A stretch of 60,569 nt of DNA, counting the filler. It is 4 parts of 4 records of this genome, joined end to end, with 100 filler letters (N's around TTAATTAATTAA, not from the genome) between each part and the next. Parts side by side here need not be neighbours in the genome. Positions count along the whole stretch, not along the records: positions 1 to 27,658 come from DRR723986_4725; positions 27,759 to 45,848 come from DRR723986_4732; 2 more parts are not named here. The stretch is one strand, 5' to 3'. Shown here in pieces: positions 17,641 through 28,328 of the stretch. How positions within the stretch are numbered: the first letter of the stretch is position 1; each line of letters starts with the position of its first letter. Position numbers and translations under genes: made by a program. The notes below the pieces were generated by a model, which was given only the letters and a program-made list of their open reading frames with translations, did not search any database and had not been told where the DNA came from.

Positions 17641-18614
17641 GCCCTTCTGGGGGACACTGCCGCATCTGGCAGCTCGCCTTTTTCAATTGCTGCGATGTCC
17701 CTTCGCAAATAGTCGAGCGGTCCGATCAGAGGTTTTGCGTCCGGAAAGCGCGCCGCGTTTTCAAGCGAGGATTTCAGCACGCGGCGGTCTTGTTCCAGAG
17801 CGATGCGGAACATCGGCTGAAACATCCAGGACTTGACCCGGTCGAGCAGACCCTCGTTCGGTCCGATCAGGCAACCGATACCTTCAACAAGTCCGTCGGC
17901 CGCCTGCCGCAAATGGAAAGTGGTTGCAAGTGCAAGGCCGTTTTCGCCCCAATATTCCAGCTCGGCGATACCGGGAAAGCGATACCGCCCGACAGTCCGC
18001 ACCCGTCCGGCTTCCAGCAGCCTGCTGATCAGGCCGTGCTGCCGGTCCTCCCCGGTATAGACGGCCTCGACCCAGCCAGGCCCACCGGTGATATCGACCC
18101 GAACCCGATGCCGCTTGCTGCTGAGGCCGCGCAGCAGGCCCTTGTGGGTGAAATGGGTATGGGTCGCATCGAGGATGTTTTCGGCAGCATCGATCAATGT
18201 CGAGTTGGTGCTGCTGCGCACGAGGCGCACCACTGTCTTTCTGCCTTCCATCGGGTGCAGGTAGGGTTCACCTGAGGGGTCTCCATTGGAAAGAAAGACC
18301 ACGCCGTCCTTCACGAAGGTCTTGAGGCCGGGAATACGGTACCCCGGCACGTCGCCCATGTGTCCCGGAATGGCGGTGCAGCGTCCGCCGCCGTCAAAAC
18401 GCCAGCCGTGATAGGGGCATTCGATCTCGCCTCCGACGACCTTTCCTTTCGACAGTTCCATCAGCCGGTGCGGACAACGGTCGGCCAGAGCCGAAATGCC
18501 GGACGCGCTCTTGAACAACACCACAGGTTCGCCGCCGAATTCGACACGGGCCGGTCGGCGCTTCAAATCCTTCACGAGCGCCGCGGCCTGCCAGAAATCC
18601 CTTGATGAAGTCAT
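17625..18614 (-). CDS. Rieske non-heme iron oxygenase
   Basis: Rieske 'CPHR...CPYHGW'; mononuclear Fe site '[13 protein letters not shown]'. Confidence 0.92.
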   Translation of the reverse strand: MTSSRDFWQAAALVKDLKRRPARVEFGGEPVVLFKSASGISALADRCPHRLMELSKGKVVGGEIECPYHGWRFDGGGRCTAIPGHMGDVPGYRIPGLKTFVKDGVVFLSNGDPSGEPYLHPMEGRKTVVRLVRSSTNSTLIDAAENILDATHTHFTHKGLLRGLSSKRHRVRVDITGGPGWVEAVYTGEDRQHGLISRLLEAGRVRTVGRYRFPGIAELEYWGENGLALATTFHLRQAADGLVEGIGCLIGPNEGLLDRVKSWMFQPMFRIALEQDRRVLKSSLENAARFPDAKPLIGPLDYLRRDIAAIEKGELPDAAVSPRRAYIEL

Positions 18615-19759
18615 AGGTCGAAGGCCTCCAGAAGGGGAATGCCGATGCGCGACAGAAGTTTTTCGAGGCTTCGCACTGCCAGTTGCCTGCGCCGGGACAG
18701 ATGGCCCGCATAGACGGCGTTGAACTCGATTTCCGATTCTGCCCCGCGCAGCCGTTTGAAGTGGCCGGCGCCCGCGCTCATGTTGAAAAAGAGAGTGTGC
18801 CGGTCTGCAATGTCCTGGCCTGCCGCCATGACCAGCCGGTAGAGCCCGTCTTTCAGCGGCAGGCGGGTGTCGTATCCAACCAGCGGCTGCGTCAATGTGC
18901 GGCCGTTGGCAAAGAAACCGGCTACCGCCACCAACTGGCCACTGTCATCGCGATAACCAAGCAGTTGGAACAGGCCTCTGCGGTGGCATTCCCGGATGTA
19001 GGTTGCGGTGTACTGCGGATTGAGCGGTGTGTACTTGTCGAGATAGAGCATCTTGTAGAGCTCCGCGGCACGGTCAAAATCCGAACCCTCGAAGCTGTCG
19101 TTTTCCGCGAGCCGATAGGGCGTCTGTTGCATCAGCCTTATGTCGTAACTGCGGTTTTGCGTCGGCCGTCCTGGTGTTTGGTCACCGGAGTAGAGATAGA
19201 TCCGTCGTGCCGCCAGAAGCCTGAACCCAGCTTGCCTGAGGGCGTTCATCGATGACCGGTCCGCCCGGCCATTGAGCGAGCGGATGACAATGGCATGCTC
19301 TGGATGGCGCTGAGACAGGGTTCTGGCGATCTCGCGGGCTGCGGCTGCATCGATTTCCGGAACTGGATTGGTTGATAGCAGCCAGTTGTTCACCTGCACC
19401 TGTCGATCAAGCCCGCTGGCCGCGATCAGCGGCGCACAGGCCCGGATCAGCGGTCGCACCAGATGGTAGGTCAGTGGCGACTTCAGGAAATTGCGCGTTT
19501 CCTCGATTGCATAGTCGATATAGGCAGCGCTTGGTGAACAGATGTAACACGTCGGCGGACGGCTTGGTTCGTTGATCGTCACCGGAAAACACCGCCCTGC
19601 AATCTCCAGCGAGCTGACACGCGTCGTGAGGTTGGCAACAAGATCAGGCATGGCAAAGTCCTTGCACAAACGCACGAAGGCATGAACGGTCTCGGGTGCG
19701 TTGCTCACACCTCCATTGGCCGACGTGTCCCGCATGACCGTATCCTGCGCTGTGGTCAT
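18611..19759 (-). CDS. Conserved hypothetical protein, probable GNAT/FemAB-like fold
   Basis: 'VNNWLLSTN', 'LYLDKY..LNPQYT', 'PLVGYD', '[14 protein letters not shown]'; ATGA-coupled within the operon. Confidence 0.65.
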   Translation of the reverse strand: MTTAQDTVMRDTSANGGVSNAPETVHAFVRLCKDFAMPDLVANLTTRVSSLEIAGRCFPVTINEPSRPPTCYICSPSAAYIDYAIEETRNFLKSPLTYHLVRPLIRACAPLIAASGLDRQVQVNNWLLSTNPVPEIDAAAAREIARTLSQRHPEHAIVIRSLNGRADRSSMNALRQAGFRLLAARRIYLYSGDQTPGRPTQNRSYDIRLMQQTPYRLAENDSFEGSDFDRAAELYKMLYLDKYTPLNPQYTATYIRECHRRGLFQLLGYRDDSGQLVAVAGFFANGRTLTQPLVGYDTRLPLKDGLYRLVMAAGQDIADRHTLFFNMSAGAGHFKRLRGAESEIEFNAVYAGHLSRRRQLAVRSLEKLLSRIGIPLLEAFDL

Positions 19760-21027
19760 GATTGAGCCTGCCGCTTAAACCGGCTTTCCACCCGCCGCAG
19801 CTTGCGGGTGCTTTCCAGGCGCAGCCTTTCCCGGCGGAGCGAAATTGCAGGTACGAGGCCCAGTGCGCTCAGGGTATTGCCAAGTGCCGCCAGGACCGCT
19901 TCAGCGCTCGTCTCCGCCACCTCCGGCGGGAGCTGCAGGGTCACCGATCCATCTGCTTCCTGCACAAGGCGAAAATCGGATATCTCGCGCGAGGCATCCA
20001 GAACCGAATTGCGCAGGATGTCGGGCGTAACCGGCACGTCCGTTCCCGCTTCGCTGGTGAAGAGAAAGATATCGTCCATCCGTCCGATCACTTCATCAAC
20101 CGTCTGAAGCGGCGAGCCACAGGAGCATGGTGTCGACGACAGGCGCAGGAGATCGTTCATCCGGTATCGTGCCATGATCTGGAAATCGCGGCGAAAGCCT
20201 GTCACCAACGGAGTGACGAGATCGTTTGCGACCGGCTCGAACTCGAAAAAATTGGCGTCCTCGGCAAGATGCAGGCGGCCATGGGCACACGTCACGGCGA
20301 AAAGGCCTTCGGTTGCCATGTAGATCTGCCCGAGGGGAATGCCGAACCTTTTTTCGACAACGACCCGGTCGATCGGGTCGAGCGTTTCCGCACCTGCATA
20401 AAGCTTGCGAGGGGCAAGTCGGTCCGATGTTTCCGCCAGGTGCCGCAACACCCTCGGCGGCGCGACGATGGTCGTCGGATTGAAGGTTTCCAGTTCGTCC
20501 AGCCAGGAAGCGATGCCATGGCGCAGATCGAAGAACCGCAAGTGCAGTTGCCGTAGTCTGGCCGGGCTTTCGTAAAGCGAGGAGGACTGAGGCAGGATGA
20601 TCGCAACCCGTTCCGGATGCCAGAGAAAGCGGGGTAAGGTCTTGGCCAGAATAGTGCCGAGCCAACGGAACCGCTCTGGTGCGGTAATGGCATAGAGGCC
20701 GCGGTTGCCGCTGGTGCCCGTACTGGCTCCGATGTTGATCCCGTCGATCTCGCCGCCCGCCTCCAATGCCTGCCATCCGACCTCAGCGCTGATCCGGGCC
20801 CTGTTGAAGGCCTTGAACCGGCTCATCACGATGGCTTTGTCGATCACCGGCAGTTGGTCGAGGCGTGGAGGCGCGTCGCGGTAGAAATCGACCTTGGGAA
20901 GCGACTGGCGCAACCAGCCATCCAGTCGACGTTTTTGCCAGTCCTCGAAAGCCTTTCGAGATCGGCCACTGCGGCCGGTCCAGAGCGTTTCGGCAAAGGC
21001 AATGCCAGTCTGAAAACGCCCGTTCAT
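19756..21027 (-). CDS. F390-synthetase/PaaK-related adenylate-forming enzyme
   Basis: 'STGTSGNRG' P-loop, 'GAETL', 'QIYMATEG', 'RYRMND', 'IGRMDD'; start at ATG 21027 (ATGA overlap). Confidence 0.85.
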   Translation of the reverse strand: MNGRFQTGIAFAETLWTGRSGRSRKAFEDWQKRRLDGWLRQSLPKVDFYRDAPPRLDQLPVIDKAIVMSRFKAFNRARISAEVGWQALEAGGEIDGINIGASTGTSGNRGLYAITAPERFRWLGTILAKTLPRFLWHPERVAIILPQSSSLYESPARLRQLHLRFFDLRHGIASWLDELETFNPTTIVAPPRVLRHLAETSDRLAPRKLYAGAETLDPIDRVVVEKRFGIPLGQIYMATEGLFAVTCAHGRLHLAEDANFFEFEPVANDLVTPLVTGFRRDFQIMARYRMNDLLRLSSTPCSCGSPLQTVDEVIGRMDDIFLFTSEAGTDVPVTPDILRNSVLDASREISDFRLVQEADGSVTLQLPPEVAETSAEAVLAALGNTLSALGLVPAISLRRERLRLESTRKLRRVESRFKRQAQS

Positions 21028-21848
21028 TCCGAAGCCTCCGGCAAATCGTATGGACTGTCGGACGGATCGTGGCACAGCAGAACATCACCGCCTTGCTCCC
21101 GGAAGGCGGCAACCCGGCGGCTGCTTGCCGCAAGTGCCCGGCGATCCGAAGCGACAAGAGCCGCGGGCAGTCCGGGGGCCTTGCCGGGTTCAAGCGCTGC
21201 CGCACACCACTGGGTATCGACCGCATAAAGCAATGGCACCGGCTGAGCGGCAAAGCAGATGCCGAAATGGCCTTCCGCATGACCGGGCAGACCGACGGCC
21301 AGCGTCTCACCATCACCAAAGAGATCAGCTCCTTCGCCAAGTCCATTGGGAGCGGGCTTGACCGAGAGTTGGTCGATATCGACGATCCGGCTGGAGAGAT
21401 CCTGTGGCAGCAACTCGTCAAAGACGCCGTGGCGCAGATTGGAAAACCTTGAGCGCGCCTCGATACGAGCGTGCACTGCTGCCTTCGCATAGATCCTCGC
21501 CTTCGGGAATAGGTGAAGTGCGGCAACATGATCGGCGTGAAAATGGGTCAGCACGATGGCTGCAACATCTGCTGTGCTTGCGCCAAGGCGATCAAGCACG
21601 CGGGTGGGCTGGTGCTCTTCGATCAGCCTCGGCCGGAGCAGACTGGCATAGATCCGAAGCGGCAGACTGCGCCCGGCACCTTCCGTGACCCGGGGGCCGT
21701 AACCTGTATCGATCAGCACCAGTCCGGCGGTCGGGTGCTGGTGAACCCCATAGCGTACCTTGAAGCGAAGCGGGTGACGCCCACCCCTACGGACCACCAA
21801 CCGCTCCGATGCGGAAACAAAAGCGCTGTTTGCAAACATCGGGGTCAA
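21024..21848 (-). CDS. Metallo-beta-lactamase-fold hydrolase
   Basis: 'LIDTGY', 'THFHADH', 'LPGHAEGH', 'CHD'; probable TTG start overlapping the upstream stop. Confidence 0.88.
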   Translation of the reverse strand: MTPMFANSAFVSASERLVVRRGGRHPLRFKVRYGVHQHPTAGLVLIDTGYGPRVTEGAGRSLPLRIYASLLRPRLIEEHQPTRVLDRLGASTADVAAIVLTHFHADHVAALHLFPKARIYAKAAVHARIEARSRFSNLRHGVFDELLPQDLSSRIVDIDQLSVKPAPNGLGEGADLFGDGETLAVGLPGHAEGHFGICFAAQPVPLLYAVDTQWCAAALEPGKAPGLPAALVASDRRALAASSRRVAAFREQGGDVLLCHDPSDSPYDLPEASE

Positions 21849-22837
21849 CGGGCGTTCCCTTCGCCAAGTGTTTTTGCAAGACCGCTTTCGAAGTCGATCT
21901 GCGGCCGCCAGTCCAGCAACCGCTCCGCCTTGGAAATGTCGAGGCTCTGCCGGAAGGCGAAGAGGCCGAGCGTATAGGGTGTCGCCAGAGGTTCGCCGGC
22001 GCCAGGCACAATCAGACTTGCCGTCTTCAGAAGCCCGGCCACCAGGACAGCCGGGGCCAGGGAGCGGTTCTGCCAGCGAACCGGAACGCCCTTGGCGGCA
22101 CAGACACGCTCGACAATGAAACGGACCGGCAAAGGTTCGCCACCGGAAATGTTGAACGTCTCGCCTTCGCATTCCGGAGAGGCTTCAAGGGCCGTCTCGA
22201 TGGCTGAGAGCAGATCATCGACATGGGTCAGGTCGATGGAGGCAGCTCCATTCAGGAAAACCGGCAAGGGCCGCTTCTGGGCTGCGGCGAGCAAACGCGG
22301 CAGGAGTGTCGTGTCCCCCGCACCATAAAGGCCGCGTGGACGCAGGTTGATCGGGCCAAGGTCGGCGCGGGTCAGCACCAGTTGTTCGGCCTCGGCCTTT
22401 GTCGCCGCATAATCGTTGATGGGCGGCGGCAGAAGCGCATCTTCCCGGACGTTCTCCTTGTCCTTCATCTCGAAATAGACGGTGGGCGAGGAAATGTTGA
22501 CGAAGCGACGCACGCCAAGCTTTTCCGCAAGATCAAGCAGGTGTTTTGTCCCGGTGACATTCGCCGCCACGAAGGCGCTTCGTGGTCCCCAGGGCGCGGA
22601 AAGCGCCGCGCAGTGAACAATGGCGTCGACCGGACCAAAAGGCGCGATTTGATCCTTGTCGCAGGGGTTGGAAAGATCCATGCGAACGACGTCGAAGCCC
22701 TCGGCCTCAAGGTGCTGACACTGTAACTCGCTCCTGCCGAGAGCGATCGGGTTGGAGCCCTTGGCGCGCAAATGACGGATCAGGGCTCCGCCCAGAAATC
22801 CCGTTGCTCCAGTGACCAGCAAGCGCCCCATGGTCAA
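21845..22837 (-). CDS. NAD(P)-dependent epimerase/dehydratase, 3-beta-HSD/OleD-like extended SDR
   Basis: 'VTGATGFLG', 'HCAALSAPWG', 'YAATKAEAE', 'LRPRGLYG'. Confidence 0.9.
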   Translation of the reverse strand: MTMGRLLVTGATGFLGGALIRHLRAKGSNPIALGRSELQCQHLEAEGFDVVRMDLSNPCDKDQIAPFGPVDAIVHCAALSAPWGPRSAFVAANVTGTKHLLDLAEKLGVRRFVNISSPTVYFEMKDKENVREDALLPPPINDYAATKAEAEQLVLTRADLGPINLRPRGLYGAGDTTLLPRLLAAAQKRPLPVFLNGAASIDLTHVDDLLSAIETALEASPECEGETFNISGGEPLPVRFIVERVCAAKGVPVRWQNRSLAPAVLVAGLLKTASLIVPGAGEPLATPYTLGLFAFRQSLDISKAERLLDWRPQIDFESGLAKTLGEGNAR

Positions 22838-23946
22838 ACCTCAAGGGCCATGCCGCCGAAGGTCACACCGGCCGATGTCCCGAGCAACAGGACACGCATG
22901 CCGGGCTCGATCCGGCCCTGGCGCCAGGCAATGTCGAGCGCAGTTGGCAGCGATGCTGCTATCTGGTTGCCGTGGGTGCAACCGATGTCGACCACCCGGC
23001 TGCGCTCCATGCCGGTTTCCCGGATCATGTGCTCCAGCGCCAGCGGGCTTGCCTGGTGCGGAACGACGAGGTCGATATCCTGCCGGGCCCATCCGGCTTT
23101 CGACAGCAGCTGGTCGACGAACTGCGGAAAGTGCTTGTGCGTGACACGGAAGAGGTCCTTGCCGTCCATGTGGAACACGGCATGCCGGGCGAAGGCCTTG
23201 TGGTCCTTGTGAAAATCGAACCGAGTGCCTCCGGCCCCGATTTCGCATGCGGCATAGGCGGAGGGGTAGGTTCGCAGCAGCGAGGCTGCAATGCCCGGGC
23301 CATCACTGCCTCCTGTCGTCAGGACGACGGCAGCCGCGCCATCGCCGAACAGGGCGGCAACATCGGGCTGGTCTTCCCAGGGCAGTGCACGCGAGGCAAT
23401 GTCAGCGGCAAACACCAGCACCGACGTTGCTTGCCCCAGCGCAAGTTTGTTGGCGGCAAGCTCGAAGGCGGTCAGGAAGGAAAGACAAGTCGCATTGACG
23501 TCGTAGGCTGCCGCCGTGCCATCGGCAAAACCCAGTCTCTGCATCACCAGTGGCGCGGTTGCCGGCAGGGTCTGGTAGGGAATACCGCACGCACCGAGGA
23601 CGAGATCGACGTCCCGAGGCGCTTTGCCTGCCTTTTCAAGCGCGTCTTGGCAAGCCGCAACCGCCAGATCTATCTGGCTTTCCTCTGCTGCGACAAACCG
23701 GCTTGAAACGCCGGACAGTTTTTGAAGATGTCCGGCAGGAAAGCCCAGCTGAAGATCAAGGGTTTCCGAGGTGACGGACTTTGCAGGCAAGGCATGTCCA
23801 GTGCCTGCAATTCTGACGGGAAGAATGGATGCGGCCTCCGTTTGCGCTCCGGTCCGGACCGGCTTCAGACAAGGATCTAAGTCACGGGCCGAAGACACGC
23901 AAGGAGGATGGGGCATTGGACCAGGCGGAGAAGCCGGAACCGGCAT
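22834..23946 (-). CDS. KAS III/FabH-like (OleA-type) condensing enzyme; true start probably downstream of 23946
   Basis: Catalytic Cys 'NATCLSF', 'FGDGAAA', His 'PHQAS', Asn 'HGNQIAAS', 'GTSAG'. Confidence 0.88.
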   Translation of the reverse strand: MPVPASPPGPMPHPPCVSSARDLDPCLKPVRTGAQTEAASILPVRIAGTGHALPAKSVTSETLDLQLGFPAGHLQKLSGVSSRFVAAEESQIDLAVAACQDALEKAGKAPRDVDLVLGACGIPYQTLPATAPLVMQRLGFADGTAAAYDVNATCLSFLTAFELAANKLALGQATSVLVFAADIASRALPWEDQPDVAALFGDGAAAVVLTTGGSDGPGIAASLLRTYPSAYAACEIGAGGTRFDFHKDHKAFARHAVFHMDGKDLFRVTHKHFPQFVDQLLSKAGWARQDIDLVVPHQASPLALEHMIRETGMERSRVVDIGCTHGNQIAASLPTALDIAWRQGRIEPGMRVLLLGTSAGVTFGGMALEV

Positions 23947-24002
23947 GCCAGGAAGAGGGGCCGCATTTCAAAACGCGGGCAGGTCGCGGCCCCAGGACCC
24001 GG

Positions 24003-24980
24003 TCATGCCCTTTGAAACGCAGCCTGTGTACCCGCGGAGCAAAGACGCTGATTGTGCGGCGTCACGCCGAACCTGTTTTGATAGGTGCGGATGAAATGCG
24101 AAGCGGATTCGTAGCCGCAGGCCAGGGCGATCTCAGACACGGACCGTTCGGTCTGCAGCAGAAGATTGCGGGCACGCGTGAGCTTCTGGTCTATGGCAAA
24201 CCGTTTCGGCGACACCTTCAGGTGTTTCTGGAACAACCGCTCAAGCTGCCGGGTGGAAATGCCGATCTTGCGGGCGATCTCGGATGTCGGCAGGTAATAG
24301 GGCGCGCTTTCGTTCAACAGACGAATTGCCTCGGCAATATGCGGGTTCCGGATTCCGTGCCGCGCCTGTAGCGAGATCTGCTGGGCCGCGTTGGCAGGCC
24401 GAACACCGGAATAGACCATCATGTCCGCAATCGCGACCGCCAGGTCCGTACCGTGGGCCTCGCCGATCAGGTGAAGCATCATGTCGGTCGCGGCGGTGCC
24501 GCCGGATGCGGTGACGAAGGCCTCGTCCGTGACGAAGACATTCTTGCACAACTGCACGTCCGGAAAGGTTTCCTCGAAACTGTCGTGGAACGACCAGTGA
24601 ATGGCTGCGCGGCGGTCGTTCAACAGGCCAGCCTTGGCAAGAATGTAGGCACCCGAACAGATCGCACCGATCTGGGTGCCCCGGGCGCGCTCCCGCCGCA
24701 GGAAGCTCAGCACCTCCGGCGCCGCCCGGTCGCCGACATTCTGACCGGAGATCAGGAACAGGCTGGAGCGCGCGGGCAAGGGACCGAGGCCCTGATCCAC
24801 CAGCGTCACGGTTCCGTTGGAGCAGACCGCCCTCTGACCATCGGGTGAGGCCAGTCGCCACCGGTAGATTTCCTCTCCCTGAAGCAGGTTGGCGATACGC
24901 AGCGGCTCCACCGCGCAGGCGAAGGCGATATGCGAAAAATCTTCAAGCAACAGGAAGGTGACGTCAGTGGTTCGGGACAT
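24003..24980 (-). CDS. GlxA/GbdR-type AraC regulator with DJ-1/PfpI domain
   Basis: 'EPLRIAN', 'AICSGAYILA', 'AIHW'; C-terminal HTH 'STRQLERLF...ACGYESASHF'. Confidence 0.9.
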   Translation of the reverse strand: MSRTTDVTFLLLEDFSHIAFACAVEPLRIANLLQGEEIYRWRLASPDGQRAVCSNGTVTLVDQGLGPLPARSSLFLISGQNVGDRAAPEVLSFLRRERARGTQIGAICSGAYILAKAGLLNDRRAAIHWSFHDSFEETFPDVQLCKNVFVTDEAFVTASGGTAATDMMLHLIGEAHGTDLAVAIADMMVYSGVRPANAAQQISLQARHGIRNPHIAEAIRLLNESAPYYLPTSEIARKIGISTRQLERLFQKHLKVSPKRFAIDQKLTRARNLLLQTERSVSEIALACGYESASHFIRTYQNRFGVTPHNQRLCSAGTQAAFQRA

Positions 24981-25055
24981 GTCGCTTTTCTCCGGCCTCT
25001 GTCGCCTCTGGCCGATCAGGGCCTTTCGGGTGCATGTATTATTATTGTGTTGATA

Positions 25056-25076
25056 TTGTACACATCATGTATACAA
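25056..25076. promoter_or_regulatory. Probable GntR/FadR-family operator (inverted repeat)
   Basis: TTGTACACAT-C-ATGTATACAA (1 mismatch) in an AT-rich divergent promoter directly upstream of a GntR gene. Confidence 0.65.
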
Positions 25077-25108
25077 AAGAGTCAACTGAATTCGGAATGG
25101 AGCGTCAC

Positions 25109-25819
25109 ATGCCCCCTGTACGCGGCACGGCAAAGTCGAATGCCTATGAGGATCTGAAACGCGCGATCCTGACGTTGGAGCGCAAGCCCGGCAGCCCGCT
25201 GGAAGAAACCGATCTGTGTGATCTCTACGGCCTCTCCCGGACCCCTTTGCGCGAGGTGCTGCAGCAACTGGCCGGTGAAGGCTATGTCACGCTGCAGCTC
25301 AATCGGGGTGCGCGCGTTTCCGACATGACCCACTACACGCTGCGGGACTTCTTCCTTGCCGCACCGCTGATCTACAGCGCCGTGCTTCGGCTCGCCGCGC
25401 AGAACGCAACGCCGGTACAGATCGAGGAACTGCGTCAGGCGCAGAAAGAGTTCCGGGCCGCCATGGCAAGTGGCGACGTGATTGAACGGGCACTTACAAA
25501 CGACCGTTTCCACCGCATCACCGGCCACATGGCGGGCAACAGCTACCTGCTGGCGAGCCTTGACCGGTTGCTGATCGACCATACCCGGATCGGCATGACC
25601 TTCTTCCGCCCCAAGTCCGGTGCGAAGGAAGATCGCCTCGAGCTGGCCGGCCGCCAGCATGACGAAATGATCGAGGCGATCGAGCAGGGCGACGACAACC
25701 GCGCCGCGGAACTGGCGCTGGAGCACTGGGCTCTCTCGCGTGACCAGATCGAACTGTTTGTCATGCCTGAAGGCTTGGAAGCTCCGCTCGGCATCCCACC
25801 CAAACTCAAATCCGCATGA
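25109..25819 (+). CDS. GntR (FadR/FCD) transcriptional regulator
   Basis: HTH 'YGLSRTPLREVL', FCD 'NDRFH', 'QHDEMIEAI'; GGAG RBS before ATG 25109. Confidence 0.9.
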   Translation: MPPVRGTAKSNAYEDLKRAILTLERKPGSPLEETDLCDLYGLSRTPLREVLQQLAGEGYVTLQLNRGARVSDMTHYTLRDFFLAAPLIYSAVLRLAAQNATPVQIEELRQAQKEFRAAMASGDVIERALTNDRFHRITGHMAGNSYLLASLDRLLIDHTRIGMTFFRPKSGAKEDRLELAGRQHDEMIEAIEQGDDNRAAELALEHWALSRDQIELFVMPEGLEAPLGIPPKLKSA

Positions 25820-25832
25820 GGCAGACACCGCG

Positions 25833-26750
25833 ATGACCCCAATCATGAAGTTCGAAGGCATCTACACGCCCGTGGTCACGCCCTATGACGGCGAAGGCAA
25901 CGTGGTCTGGGATGCCCTGGCCGCTGTTGTCGACCATCTTGTCGACAGTGGTGTGCACGGCCTGATTTCCGGTGGATCAACGGGCGAAAACTATGCCCAG
26001 ACCGTCGAGGAACGTCTCGAACTGGCGCGCTTTACCGCGCAAAGGCTTGCAGGCCGCCTGCCTCTGATCGTGGGAACGGGAACCATGAGGACACCGGATT
26101 CCATCGCGCTGGCGGAAGGTGCCGCGGAGATCGGGGCCGATGCCATTCTGGTGGCAACACCGCCCTATTCGGTGCCGACGGAGCGGGAAAACGCGCTCAA
26201 TGTCCTGACTATCGACCGGGCCGCCGATCTTCCGATCATGCTCTATAACTATCCGGGACGGATGGGGGTGAACATGGGCGAGGAATTCCTCGACCGGGTT
26301 GGCCGTTCGCGCAATGTCTGCGCCATCAAGGAAAGCTCTGGCGACATCAACCGCGTTCACCTTCTGGCACGCGACTACCCGCACATCCAGATGTCCTGCG
26401 GCATGGACGATCAGGCGCTGGAATTCTTCGCCTGGGGGGCACGCAGCTGGGTGTGCGCCGGCTCGAATTTCCTGCCCGAAGAACATGTTGCCCTTTACCG
26501 GGCCTGCGCCGTCGAAGGGGATTTCAGCAAGGGGCGGCGGATCATGTCGGCAATGATGCCGCTGATGCGCGTGCTGGAACAGGGCGGCAAGTTCATTCAA
26601 TGCGTCAAGCACGGGGTGGAAATGAGCGGGCTCTATGCCGGTCCGCCGCGCCCGCCGTTAAAGGCACTCAACAAGGACGACAAGCGCCAGCTCGACCAGG
26701 TCGTCCGGGTTCTGAAATCCACCATTCAAGACATCACGGCGGGAGAATGA
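25833..26750 (+). CDS. DapA/NAL-family class I aldolase/lyase (catabolic paralogue)
   Basis: 'GGSTGE', 'MLYNYPGR', Schiff-base Lys 'AIKESSG'. Confidence 0.85.
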   Translation: MTPIMKFEGIYTPVVTPYDGEGNVVWDALAAVVDHLVDSGVHGLISGGSTGENYAQTVEERLELARFTAQRLAGRLPLIVGTGTMRTPDSIALAEGAAEIGADAILVATPPYSVPTERENALNVLTIDRAADLPIMLYNYPGRMGVNMGEEFLDRVGRSRNVCAIKESSGDINRVHLLARDYPHIQMSCGMDDQALEFFAWGARSWVCAGSNFLPEEHVALYRACAVEGDFSKGRRIMSAMMPLMRVLEQGGKFIQCVKHGVEMSGLYAGPPRPPLKALNKDDKRQLDQVVRVLKSTIQDITAGE

Positions 26751-27658
26751 TCATGACCGACCTTCTGACGCGCGAGGAATACAAGGCGCTCGCTGCCGGC
26801 CTGACCTTGCCGACAAATGCTTTCATCGACGGATCTTACCGCCCGGCGGCGTCGGGCAAGACCTTCGAGACGGTCAATCCCGCCACCGGCGAGACACTCG
26901 CCTCCGTGGCAGCCTGTGGTGCAGAGGATGTCGACTTCGCCGTGCTGAAGGCCCGGGAAGCCTTTGAGGACGGCCGGTGGTCGAAGCTGCATCCGTCGGA
27001 CCGCAAGGACACGCTGATCCGCTTTGCCAAGCTCATCACCCGCAACCGGCGGGAGCTGGCCGTGATGGAGAGCCTCGACAGCGGCAAGACGATCTACGAT
27101 TGCGAAACCGTGGATGTGCCCGAGACGATCCATTGCCTGAAATGGCACGCAGAGGCGATCGACAAGATCTACGATCAGGTCTCGCCCGCCTCCGATGATC
27201 ACATCGCCATGATCGTGCGCGAACCGGTTGGCGTCGTCGGGCTGGTTCTGCCCTGGAACTTTCCGCTGCTGATGCTCGCCTGGAAAATCGGTCCGGCGCT
27301 GGCGGCAGGATGTTCGGTCATCGTCAAGCCGGCCGAAGAAACATCGCTCACCGCCCTGCGCATTGCGGAACTTGCCATGGAAGCCGGCATTCCGCGGGGA
27401 GTCTTCAATGTCGTTCCCGGCTCCGGTCCGGACGTCGGCGAACCGCTTGGCCGGCACATGGAGGTCGACATGATCTCCTTCACCGGTTCGACGGAAACCG
27501 GCCGCCGGTTCCTGCGCTATGCCGCCGACAGCAACCTGAAGGAGGTCGTTCTGGAAATGGGCGGCAAGAACCCGAGCGTTGTCCTGAAGGACGCGGAAAA
27601 TCTCGACCGGGTGGCTGCTCACGTCGTCAATGGCGCGTTCTGGAACATGGGCGAGAAC
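26747..27658 (+). CDS. Aldehyde dehydrogenase (3' truncated by contig end)
   Basis: 'LPWNFP', 'KPAEET', 'FTGSTETG', 'LEMGGK'. Confidence 0.92.
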
Positions 27659-27758
27659 NNNNNNNNNNNNNNNNNNNNNNNNNNNNNNNNNNNNNNNNNN
27701 NNTTAATTAATTAANNNNNNNNNNNNNNNNNNNNNNNNNNNNNNNNNNNNNNNNNNNN
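27659..27758. other. Artificial contig-joining spacer
   Basis: 44 N + TTAATTAATTAA (stops in all six frames) + 44 N. Confidence 0.98.
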
Positions 27759-28189
27759 TCAGCCCACATGCCGCCCAAAAGCCCGTCACCGGACATGATC
27801 GGGTTCAGCGCGACCGCCTCTTCGACACTGACAAGACGACAATCCTCGATGCCGATGGACTGAAACGTGCGATACGCCGATTGCAGCCATTCCCAACGGT
27901 CCGGTGTGCCTGCCATCGTCAAGCCGCCGGTCATATGCAGCCCGATGTTCTGGCCGCTTTCCTCTTCGATCTCGCTCAGCAGATCAATGGTATAGGCCTG
28001 CAAGGCCGCAATATTGGGATCAGCATTCAGCGCATGAATACCGCCAGCGGCGTGCCAGCTTGACCCTGCGGTCAGGACCGAACGTTCCACCAGCGCAACA
28101 TCGCTCCAGCCAAGTTTGGCCAGATGGTAAAGCACGGATGCCCCAACAACGCCGCCACCGATAACAACCACTCTGTAATGCGATTTCAT
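27759..28189 (-). CDS. GcvT-family FAD oxidoreductase (dimethylglycine/sarcosine dehydrogenase-like), 3' truncated
   Basis: 'VIGGGVVG', 'LTAGSSWHAAG', 'GLHMTGG'. Confidence 0.85.
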
Positions 28190-28271
28190 GCCCGCTCTCC
28201 CCTCGTGCTGATAGGGTCAAGCAGACAAGCGCGGCGCGGGGCCCGTCAAGACCAATCGCGACACGGCCAAG

Positions 28272-28303
28272 AAAAAGGCGCGCACCCGGTCGGGGTACGC
28301 GCC
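28272..28303 (-). terminator. Rho-independent terminator after comE
   Basis: Minus strand: GGCGCGTACCC stem pairing with GGGTGCGCGCC, followed by TTTTT. Confidence 0.75.
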
Positions 28304-28328
28304 AATAAACAGAGTTTATGGTTTCAGA

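Noticed and set aside
27703-27714. TTAATTAATTAA repeated three times in the window
   Set aside because: Synthetic six-frame stop linker embedded in N runs, not a biological repeat or CtrA site.
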